A DNA stretch of 63,995 nt, counting the filler, from Phoronis australis (taxonomy: Eukaryota > Animalia > Phoronida), in NCBI GenBank assembly GCA_002633005.1. It is 9 parts of 9 records of this genome, joined end to end, with 100 filler letters (N's around TTAATTAATTAA, not from the genome) between each part and the next. Parts side by side here need not be neighbours in the genome. Positions count along the whole stretch, not along the records: positions 23,551 to 36,769 come from NMRA01001598.1; 8 more parts are not named here. One strand, written 5' to 3'. The notes beneath the pieces are model-generated. The model had not been told where the DNA came from, made no database searches, and was given only the letters and a program-made list of their open reading frames with translations. Below, piece after piece: positions 24,500 through 36,710 of this stretch; within the stretch, counting starts at the first letter, position 1, and each line of letters begins with the position of its first letter. Position numbers and translations under genes: made by a program.

Positions 24500-27400
24500 G
24501 TTTTTTAATTTTTCAAATTGGTTAGGTGGTCATAGAGTTATTTCAGTTTACTTACTCTTTGTCTGTGAATTTGACCATGTTTTAGTTGGGTACCTACTCT
24601 CCTTCTGACCATGAAGCATTAGGTTACTTACTTCTACGTGCATTACTGCCAAGACCGTGATCAATAGGTACGTACTCTATGAGCAAGAACTTCACCTGAT
24701 TGTGATGCAACAGGTAAAACCTGATTTTTTATTTCATCCTACTGGAAAACCTTAAATCACCTAAATAACTCGTTGCTGTTGTTACTGTGATTGTTTGCAT
24801 ATTCACTAAAATGTGTTGGATATGATAGGACTGAGTCACACAAACAGGTGTTACAGAAGTGCGAACGTGCCGGAAAGGGCTATAGCTGAGGAATGCCGCT
24901 CCCTTAGAAAAAAGAATCTCAAAATGTTTGATGACAGTTTAGTTGTAACGCACGCCGTATATTTCATATCAGTGAACTTAACCTGTGACTGTAAATATGG
25001 CATGCCTCAGTACTTATTCTCTTACTGCTAAGACCATGAACCATTAGGGTACTTATATGTACTTCAACGTGTATGACTGCCCGTGATCAATAGGGAAGTT
25101 TCCCTGGGTTTGCACGTGCGAAGGATTAACACAATGATACTGTGCTTGGTGAAATACGCTGCTGATGTACTTGCAGTCTAACAATTTAGTCAAGGTGGTT
25201 TCATTTTGGAATGCTTGTTAAATCTAAGTTTAATTGAAATATGCAATAGCAGGGGACACATTAAGGATTCGTTGATATCATGAAACAGGATATATTGAGT
25301 GTACTTTTCAAGGAAATTCAGTTGCCATGAACGATAGTTGCTTTTTTCTCTCTCTTGTAGGAGCAAAAGCAAGCGAAGATGAGACACTTTGAGCAAGATT
25401 TTCTACACAAAACGTTTTAAAAAATCCTAATTGAACACTAAATTCCTTAAGAATACGGTAAGCGTTATAATACAGACGAACACCGTTCTTGAAAAGAGCA
25501 GAGGTACATAACCAAGAACTTGTGATGCCTGCCGGAAAAATGTGCGTCTACTTAAGCACCATTTTTTCAAATATGTGACACAGATAGTACATGTATGAGT
25601 TTTTAGATGAAAACTGATTTTTGCCACCGAAGTGAGATTCCAATGATGAATTAGCCGGTGACACGTCGACAATTCGTTGAAATCACAAAACAGGGAATAT
25701 TGAGTGTACTCTAATAGAAAATACCGTTCCCATGAGCGATGGATGCTTTTTAGGTAAAAATTCCAATAACCAATATAATATTTCTCTCTTTGAATTCTTT
25801 AAGCGGGAGCCAGCGAGTTAAAGCAAAATCCAACCGGATTACTTGTATCAATCTTTTCACACAAAAACCTTAAAACGTATAAAATACTGGCCTCCTAATT
25901 TATAAGTATGGAGAGTAGTCTTATTGCAACGTAGAGTTTCATTAATTTAGTTACAAATCCCATTTGTCTATAATGGTCTTTAAACTTAGCGAAAAAGGTG
26001 GAATTTCGGAGCAGCGTGATCGTGTCACACAAGCGTTCGTCAAAAAGTTTTTAAATTAGGCTCGTTGACAAGTTATGACATTAGATGTAATTTATTGAGG
26101 TCAAAATGTTCGATGTTGCCATCGCCGATCTTTCACAGTGCATAGAAAAGACATGATTTTGTCTGCATTTCATTGAAACTTCGTTAAACTTGGCATATCA
26201 ATCCAACTTGAATAACCATAATCGCTACACCATAACATTTACACTTTGGCTTCCGTTACAGTTTCACAAGTTTGATACTGTAATCGCTAGACTTTGTATG
26301 CAACGATTGCTAATTTTTAGGTGAAAAAATCACCAATCCTTTTTTCTTTCTCTATTTCTGGAAGCAAAAGCGAACAATGATGAGACAATTTGACCAAGAC
26401 TATCTACACAAAACGTTTTAAATGTATCCCAGTACGAAGAATTAATTCCTTATGGTTCGGGGCAAAGTATGTGCAATAGCATTATCGCAACATGGGGTTT
26501 TATTTATAAAATAATAAAGTCCTTTTGGCTATAATATAGAAGAATACCGTTCTTGAAAAGAGCGAAGAGATACATCACCAACAAGTAACGATCTCTTAGC
26601 GAAAAGATGTATGTTTACTTAAGCCATGAACTGGATGCTATCTCCGAGGGAATGTCTGCTAGCTTTTTCCAAAAATGAATGACTGTTTCCTACAAATCAA
26701 ATCATCTGGCATAACTTTAAGTTTTATTGGTTGGCCTCTTTGAAAAAAGCGTCAGGCATAACCAAACCGAGAGCAGTTTACTTGTACATGTAACATGCTA
26801 GTAACAAGAAAATATATCACAAACTTGCAAAATCGAAGACTTGGCGAGGTACATGTATGGTAACAAGCCAATACCTATACATGTATATAGGATTTGATGA
26901 CTTATTTCAAGCGTATCTGTTCATAAGATTAACAAAAATTAACTTAATTATATAGTGAATTAAAAATAATACAACCTTTACTCATCTGTATTATCAAAGA
27001 ATAAGAAATATATGATCGTCTACTTTTTGCAGAAGTCAAGTAAAAGCATTGGGAAAGATAAAACTGACAGTGTAATATGGGTGAAGGAACTTGGATTTAA
27101 AATCAGAGGTACAGTATTAGCTTTTTGGTCACTGTATGCAGCATTCTATCTCAAGACAAATGTCTGGCAATTTTGAACAATGCTCATTTCCACGTATTTT
27201 CACAAAGTGAATTTATAAAAGAACCATAAGTGAAGGCGAGGCAGGGAAACCTTTGAGAGCAAATATCTACAAGAGAATAACCGATTCAAATGCTGCTTTT
27301 GCGACCAATTTGAATACGTGAGCTTATATTCCGGTCAGAACATATTAGTCCATCTGGGAATTCTAACTGTTGTGGTACCCGGAGAATTCGTACATTTCCC

Positions 27401-30400
27401 TTTAAATCCGACCAGAATGGCGGCAACTCATGTGAACCGCATCATTTTAACAAGAACAACAATACGCAACCTGTGTTTTTAGATGAAAACTGCTTTTGTA
27501 ACTCAAGTGACGTGCCAGTGATGCATACATTTATGCAGGTGGCACATTAAGGTTTTGTTGAAATCTTAGAACAGGGTATATACAATTCCCATGAACGATT
27601 GCGGCTTTTTAGGTGAAAATAAATTACAAATTTATTGTTTCCCTCTTTTCTAGAAGCGAAACCGAGCAAGGCTGGAAAGGTTCTGGGGAGATTGATTACA
27701 CAAATAATTCAAAATGAAAATTCTAAAGTCATATAAAAACGTATCGTCATCAGGTTTAGAGGGGGGGGGGGAAGTACAATAATGTTATTGCAACATGGCA
27801 TTTAATTAATAAACTTCAACATTATTATTCTATTTGACTACAGTGCTCTTAAATTTCATGCAAAATGTAACATCTAAGCAGCGTGATTAGACTACGCCGC
27901 ATTACAGACGTGCGACAGGACGCTTCTCAATAAATCTCGCTGACTGCATATGGCATCTGGTGTATAATATTTAGGTCAAATGTTCGTTGCTCCCATCGCA
28001 TGTCGTTCAGAAACTATGGAATAGAAAAGAACTTGTCTTTATTTCATACAAAACTTCTTCAAAATAGGCATCTAATTCAATAACCATAATCTCTACACCA
28101 TACCAAGTACACTTTGGTTTCCATTGCAGTTGAACAAGTTTGAAATGGCACTGACTAGACAAAATATTATGTTCTCGAAAACATAAGCTAAATTAGCGTC
28201 AGCCTGTAACAATCTTGAGATACGCTACTGGTACATGTATCTCGTGATTGTTTGCATATTCATAAAATGTTTTGGAAATGATAGGAATGAGTCACACAAA
28301 TAGGTGTTACAGAAGTGTGAACATGCCAGAAAGGGTTATAGTTGAAGAATGCCGCTCCCTTAGAAAAAAAAAACTCAAACTGTTTCTTGACACTTAAGTT
28401 GTAACGCAAACTGCGTATTACATATCAGTTTACTTACTCTGAGTCTGTAAATATGGCCACGCTTTATTTGGGTACCAACTCTTTTTCTGCCAAGACCATC
28501 AACCATTGGGGTATTTATTTCTACGTGCATGACTGCCAAGACCGTGATCAGTAGGTACGTACTCTATGAGCAAGGACATGATTGTGATGCAGCAAGTAAA
28601 ACCTGTTTTTATTTCAGCCTACTGGAAAACCTTAAATCACCTAATTTATTCTAATTTGTGCAACAGGCCCAAGGTTTATAGACTTAGTAACCTAATGATG
28701 AATTCTTTTGAGCAGACTTAAATGTGTTCTGAACTACTTGTTTTCCGTTTTTATTGCAAGAGTCATGACGCAACAAGTTTTTATTTGGGAATTAAATCAA
28801 CTCAAGAGATAGTAACAAGACAACAACTTCAAAATTGATGGCGAGTCATGTTCCAACATTACTGCATTTTGCATTATTCTTCCATGCTGGCAATCTTAAG
28901 AGGTCAACAAATGCAACATTTTTGTATTAGAGCCATGCACAAAGTCTTAACTGAATGGCAAAGGTGACCCCTAGAGTGCTTTTAGGTTTTCTCCTGGAGT
29001 GGCTTTTAAAACTGCTTAATATAGAATTTGCTAAAGGGACAATAATAAGCCACGCTTTAAAGGGGTACTGGGCAAGAACCAAAAAACTCACCGTATAACA
29101 CAAAGAGTACATGTACATGTATGAGTATTTAGTTGGAACCTGCTTTTGTAACTCAAGCAAGGTGCCAATCATGCATACATGTATGCAAGTGACACAGCAA
29201 GGATTTGTTGATGTCACAAAACCGGGTATACAGAGTGCATTTTTAAAGAAATCCAGTTCCTATGAGCGATTGCTGCTGCTCAAATTACATATTTATTCTT
29301 TCCCTCTTTTCCAGAAGCGAAAACGAGAAAAGATTAAACGTTACCGGAGTGATTACTTACACAAGTAATTCAAAAAAATATTCTAAGATAGTACCGATAA
29401 GGTTTGGTCATAAGGTTTAGAGGGGCTCTAAGTGCAATAGTCTTATTGCGACATGACGTTTAATTGATAAAAATAACACTTCCATTTGACTACAATGGTC
29501 TTTAAATTTCATGCAACATGTCGTAACATCTGAGCAGCGTGATCAGACTACGCTGCATTACATGCATGCGTCAGGAGGTTTCTCTACAGGTCTTGCTGAG
29601 GACACATACATGTAGCGTCTGATGGATAACATTTATGTCTCATATTCGTTGTTCCCACCGCCTGTCGTTCAGATAATATGAAATAGACACGAACTTGTCT
29701 TTGTTTCATATAAAACTACTTCAAAATGGGCATCTAATTCAATAGCCTTAATCTCTACACCATAGCAAGTACACTCTGGTTTCCATTACAGTTTCACAAG
29801 TTTGATATGGCACTAACTAGACAATGTATGCATGTTGCACGCACACATAAGCTGAATGAGTGTCAGCCTCTAACGATCTTGAGATACGCTACTGGTATCT
29901 CGTTGCTGTTGTTACTGTGATTGTTTGCATATTCACTAAAATGTGTTGAATATGATAGGACTGAGTCGAACACAAACATGTGTTACAGAAGTGCGAACTT
30001 GCCGGAAAGGGCTATAGCTGAGGAATGCCGCTCCCTTAGAAAAAAGAATCTCAAATTGTGTGATGACACTTTAGTGGTAACGCACGCTGCGTATTAAATA
30101 TTAGTTAACTTACACTGTGACTCTAAACATGGCCAGGCCTCAGTACTTATTCTCTTACTACTAAGACCATGAACCATTAGGCACTTGCATGTACTTCAAT
30201 GTGTATGACTGCGTGTGATCAGTAGGCAAGTTACCCTGGGCTTACACGTGCGAAGGATTACACGGTGGTACTGTGTTTGGTGAAATACGCTGCTGATGTA
30301 CTTGCAGTCTAACAATTTAGTCGAGTTAGTTTCATTTTGAAACGATTGCATTAGCNTGTTAGTGTAATACAATGGTCATTTCCACGTATTTTCACGAAGG

Positions 30401-33400
30401 GACTTCCCAAAAGAACCATATGTGGAGGCGAGGCAGGGAGACCTTTGTTAGCAAATTAGTCCATCTTGGGATTCTAACCATTGCCCGACCCGGTGGATTC
30501 GTACATTTCCGTTCACATCCGACCAGAATGGCGGCAACTCATGTGAACTGCTTCAGTTTCAACACAAGAACCACAATACGCAACCTCTGGCACAAAGAGT
30601 ACATGTATGAATTTTTAGATGAAAACGGTTTTCATTACTCCAGTGAGATGCCAATAATGCATTAGCGGGTGACACCGTGAGAATTCGTTGAAATAACCTA
30701 ACAGGGTATATTGAGTGTAATCTTATAGAAAGTACAGTTCCCATGAATGATGGAAGGTGAATAGTCTAATTGCAGCATGGAGTTTTATAAATGTAATTAA
30801 AAATTCCTAATCGCTATAATGGCCTTTAAGATTCACGCATGCGTTCTTCAAAAATCTTTCAGTTAGAATTGTTGACAAGTTATGGCATTTGATGTATTTT
30901 ATTGAGGTCAGATTTCGTTGTTTCCGTAGACGGTCGTTAACAGTCTAAAGAAGAGTTACGGTTTTTTCTTTATTTCATTGAAACTTCGTTAAACCTGTCA
31001 TACGAATCCAAATCAAATACCCATAGTCGCTACACCATATCAAGTACACCATTGCTTCCGTTACCGTTCTACAAGTTTGGTACGGTAATAGCTATAAAAT
31101 GTATGCAACAATTGCTGCTTTTTAGGTGAAAAATCCGAAGTGATTTTTTCTTTTTCTATTTCCTAGTAGCAAACGCAAGCAAAGATGAGAGCTTTTGACC
31201 AAGACCGTCTTCACAAAACATTTTAAATAAATCCCTGTACGAATACTTAATTCCTTACTTTTCGGGGCAAAGTAAGTGCAATAGCACTATTGCAACATGG
31301 GGTTTTATTTATAAAAGAAAAAATCCATATGGCTATAACATAGAATAACACCGTTCTTGAAAAGAGCAAAGAGATACATCACCAACAAGTTGCAATCTCC
31401 TTGCGGAACAAATGTTTGTCTACTGAAGCCACGATCTGGTTGCTATCTGCTTGGTCATATCTACCACCTTTTTTCAAATATAACAAACTGTTTCCTGCAA
31501 ATTTACTCATCTGGCATCAATTTGAGTTTTAAAGGCTGGTTTCGTTGAAAAAAAAAGCTTCAGGCATTACCAAATTGAAAGCATTTTTCGTGTGACAAGC
31601 TAAAAACAAGAAAAAGACCATGAACATGCAAAATCGAAGACGTAGCGAGTTACATGTATGGTAACATGCCAATACCTACATGTAGGACTTGATGACTTAC
31701 TTCAAGCGTATCAGTTCATAACATCAACAAGAATTTAACATAATTATATATTGATTTAAAAAGAACATAACTTTTACTCATCTGTATTATCAAAGACTAA
31801 CAAATGTATTATCGTCTGCTTTTCGTAGAAGCCACGGAAACGCATTGGGAACGAAAAAACTGACAGTGTAATATAAGTATAATTTTCAGTGCAGTTACTT
31901 GAATTTTAAATCAAAACTACAGTATTAGCTTTGCTGTTCTCTAGGTGCAGCATATTATCTCAACACATATGGGCGGCAACTATAAAAAATGCTCATTCCC
32001 ACGTATTTTTGCAAAGAGAATTCATAAAAGAACAATAAGTGGCGGAGAGGCAGAGAAACCTTTGACACCAAAGGTCTACAAGACATAACCAATTCAAACG
32101 CTGCTTTTGTGACCAGTTTGAACACGTGAGCTTAGATTGCGGTCAGCGCATTATAGCTCAATACACTAGAACCTCACGGATTAAACATAAAAACTTCTTA
32201 AATTATATCATTTAATTATTTCTGCAACAATGTATCATATTCATTACGCCACATCTTAAATGTGAATTGTCATAAAGTGTTTGATTTTACTTTATTTCTG
32301 TTTCTGTTGACGAAGGCCGTTATTACATGTATATCCGAAAATTTCAGTTGATCCATTCTTGTTGTTTTATTTACATATGTATAGACCATCTTGGAAATCT
32401 AGCTATTGCGCGACCCGGTTAATTCGTACATTTCCGTTCAAAACCGACCAGAATGGCAGCAAATCATGTAAACCGCATTGTTTTTTAAACAAGAACCACA
32501 ATACGCAACCCGTGACACAGAGAGTACATTTATGAGATTTTAGTTGGAAACCGCTTTTTATCACTCAAGTGAGATGCCAATAATGTATTTGATGAGACAC
32601 ATTGAGAATACGTTGAAATCACAAAAATGAGTATTTTGAGAACAAACTTTTAGAAATTACAGTTCCCAATGAACGATGGATGTTTTTTAAGTTAAACGCC
32701 AATAAACATTACAATGTTTCTCTCTCTTCTACAAGAGGAAGCGTGCGAGGTAAAGCAGAATCCTACCGGATTACTTGAATAAAACTTTCGGAAAGAAATC
32801 TTTAAAACGTACATGTACAGATGTACTGGCGTCAAAAACTTTAGTTGGCGAAGTGAGTACAATAATCTTATTGCAGCATCAAGATTATTTAATAACAGTA
32901 AAAATTCCATTTGGCTATAATGGTCTTTAAATTTCACACAAAAACTGGAACGTCTGGGCAGTGTGATCATACCAAGCAATAAAATTTTTCAATTTGTCTT
33001 GTTGACAAGGTTTGGTGTCGGATGTATTTTATTTATGTCACAATTTCGTTGCTTCCATCGCCGGTCGTTCATAGTCTATGAACTATACACAACTGGATCA
33101 TTATTCCATTGGAGCTTCGTTAAACTTAGCATATCAATCAACATTGAATACCCATAGTCGCTACACAATAACAAGTACCCTCTGGTTTCCATTATAGTTT
33201 CAAAAGATTTGATACGGTAATAACTAGACAATGTATGCAACGATTGCTGCTTTAAGATGAAAAATCACCAATCCTTTTTTCCTAATCTATTTCCTAGAAG
33301 CAAAAGCGACCGACGATGTGACACATTGATCAAGACTTTCTACAAAAAACGTTTTAAGTAAATCCCAATACGAAGACTTCATGCCTTACGTTTCGGGGCA

Positions 33401-35270
33401 AAGTAAGTGGAATAGCTTTACTGCAACATGGGGTTTTATTTATAAAACAATAAAGTCCTTTTGGTTATAATATAGAAGAATACCGTTCTTGAAAAGAGCA
33501 AATAGATACATCACCAACAAGTTGCAAAGCCATGAACTGGATGCTATCTCCAAGGTAATGTCTGCCATCTTTTTCAATCATTGCCAACTGTTTCCTACAA
33601 GTTAAATCATCAGGCATCACTTTGAGTTTTATTGGTTGGTTTCTTTGAAAAAAGCATCAGGCATAGCCAAAGTGAAAACAGTTTACGTGTGACATGCTAA
33701 TAACAAGAAAATGTATCACAAACATGCAAAATTGAAGACTTGACGAGTTACATGTATGATAACAAGCCAATACCTACATGTATGTCTATTTCCTAGAGGC
33801 AAAGGTAATAAATGATGAAAGCCTTTGACCAAGACTATCTTCACAAAACATGTTAATAAAATTCCTATACGAAGACTTAATTCATTCCTTTTCGAGGAAA
33901 AGTATGTACAACGGCACTATTGTAACATGGGGTTTACTTATAAAAGAAAACATCCAATAGGCCATACTGTAGAACAACACCACCGTTCTTGAAAAGAGCA
34001 AAGAGATACATCACCAACAAGTTGCGATCTCCTTGCGGAAAAAATATTTCAATTTGTCTTCTGAAGCCGTGATCTAGATGCTATATCCAAGGTAATGTCT
34101 GCCACCTTTTTTCAAACATAAACAACTGTTTCCAGCAAATTTACTCATCTGGCATCAATTTTATAAGCTTCAGGCATAACCAAGTTGAGAGCATTTTACG
34201 TGTGACACGTTAATAACAAGAAAAACATATGAACATGCAAAATTGAAGACTTGGCGAGTTAAATGTATGGTAGGAAGCCAATACCTACATGTTGGATTTG
34301 ATTACTTATTTCAAGTGCATCAATTCATAAAAATTAACAAGAAATTAACATAATTATATATTGTTTTAAAAAGAAGATAACTTTTACTGATCTGTATTAT
34401 CAAAGTTTAATACATGTATGATCGTCTGCTTTTCATAGTAGCCATGGAAACGTCTTGGTAAAGATAAAACTGATAGTGTAATATAGGTGAAATATAAATT
34501 TTCAGTGCATTTACTTGAATTTTAAATCAAAACTACAGTATTACATGTAGCTTTGTTGTTCTCTAGGTGCAGCATATTAGCTCAACACAAATGGCCGGCA
34601 ACTTTGAACAATGCTCATTTCCACGTATTTTCAGAAAGAGAATTCATAAATGAACCATAAGTTGAGGAGGGGCAGGGAGACCTTTGAGACCAAGAGAATA
34701 ACCATTTCAAACGCTGCTTTTGTGACCAGTTTGAATAGGTGACCTTAGATTGCCGTCAGCTCATTTTAGCTCAATACACTAGAACCTCACTGATTAAACA
34801 TACAAACTTCTTAAATTATATAATTTCATTATTTCCGCAACAATGTATTATATTCATTACGCCACATCTTAGATGTCAATTGTCATATAGTGTTTGATTT
34901 TACTTTATTTCTGTTTCTGTTGACAAAGGACGTTATTATATCCGAAAATTTCAGTTGATCCATTCTCGTTGTTTTATTTACCTACAGGTATATACACGTA
35001 TAGTCTATCTTGGAAATCTAACTATTGCGAGAGCAGGTTAATTCGTACATTTCCATTCGCTACCGACAAGAATGACGGCAACTGATGTGAACCGCACTAT
35101 TTTTAAAACACGAGTCAAAATACGCAACCCATGACACGGAGAGTACATTTATGAGGTTTTAGTTGAAAATCCCTTTTATCACTTAAGTGAGATATTTATA
35201 ATGCATTTGCTGAGACACTTTGAGTATTCGTTGAAATTACAAAACAGGGAATATTGAGGCACGCTTATAG
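24500..35270 (+). repeat. ~11-kb mosaic array of degenerate duplicated modules containing exon-like units
   Basis: Anchors recur in the same orientation: ACCGTTCTTGAAAAGAGC (~25482, 26546, 31350, 33482, 33983), CCGAC(C/A)AGAATG(G/A)C (~27408, 30519, 32445, 35063) and TGATTGTTTGCATATTCA (~24788, 28245, 29918). Confidence 0.85.
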
Positions 35271-35274
35271 AGAG

Positions 35275-36710
35275 AAAACGTTTGCCGAACTCTATATGTA
35301 CAAGCTAGAAGGGATTATGGAAACGTAAAAAGTGAAACAGATAGAGTGTAACAGAAAACATTACAAAACTCTGAAATCAGCTGTGGAGACTAAAGACAGT
35401 AAAATATTCTGGCACGCATTTAATATTAAGAAGAAAGGTATATCGGCGAAAATTAAGCCGGAGGAATGGATAAATAATTTCCACTCTCTGTTCGAAGGCC
35501 ACTATTTTGTTACTAATCCAGAGTTCGCTGAGTTCCATGCTTTTATTGAGAACTTACTAAAAATGACATCAATTCAAGTAATGCAGTTGTTGATATGGAG
35601 TTTGACGCTGAAATTACAAAAGACGAAATTATACAAACCATCTGTAGTATGAAAGACGGAACTTCGCCAGGATGTGATGAAATTAGTATTGAGTTCTACA
35701 AGTATGCTGATGAAAAGTTGGTAGATTCGATGTTTCAGCTATACAACTATTTTTTTAAAAAATGGTATGTTTCCAAAAGAATGGACAAAATCCATTATAG
35801 TACCGATATTTAAGGGCGGTACCAAAATTCCTGAAAATTTCAGGGGAATATCCCTCATGCAAGTTACAGCCAAAATATTCGAAAAAATATTGTGCCAGTG
35901 ACTTCAAAAATGGTCGGAAAGAGAAAACGTAATTAGTATGTCTCAAGCTGCGTTTAGGAAGGGGCACAGTACGGTGGATCACATGCTTGCTTTATATACG
36001 TTAATAATTAAATATTTGACACGAGAGAAAGGTAGATTTTATTGTGCTTTCGTGGATTTTAAGGCAGCCTATGACAGTATGCATAGAAGTGCATTGTATT
36101 CTAAATTAAAGAACAATCACATAGAAGGTACGATGTATAAGTTAATCAAAGCAATGTACGCTGAAAAAAAGCGTGTGTGAGACTGAGTAATGGAAGCTAC
36201 ACGGAGTTCTTTGATTGTCATAATGGTCTAAAACAAGGCTCTCAGCTATCATCGTTTTTGTTTATTTTATTTATAGACGATCTCGAACAAGAATTAGAAT
36301 CCGGTGGCGGTGAAAAAATTTCCATGGGATCAGCTGAATTATTGCATCTGCTGTTTGCTGATGATTTGGTATTATTTTCTTATAGTGTGAAAGGACTGCA
36401 GGAAAAAATTGAACATTTTGTATGAGTATAGTCAGAATTGGAAATTGATTGTTAACATGTCGAAGACTAAAGATAATTGTTAACAGAAAAGGTGGAATGT
36501 TACGATCGTATGAAAAATGGGCGTATGGTGGGAATACTGTTAATATTATAAATGCATACACATATCTAGGATTAATGTTTACTACGAAAGGTTCGTGGTC
36601 TTGCGCACAGAAAATTCTATCATTACAGGCTACTAAGGCAGCGAATTTAATGAGAAAAAATGTCAATGGTTTTAATGCACTCCCTGTTAAAGTTACAGCA
36701 CACATCACGA
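35275..36710 (+). mobile_element. Inactivated non-LTR retrotransposon (RTE-X-like LINE) reverse transcriptase region
   Basis: RT motifs spread across shifted frames: SPGCDEISIEFYK, FRGISL, QAAFRKGHSTVDH, FYCAFVDFKAAYDS, GLKQGSQLSSFLFILFIDDL, LLFADDLVL, RKGG...YTYLG; frameshifts and an in-frame TGA near 35899. Confidence 0.9.
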
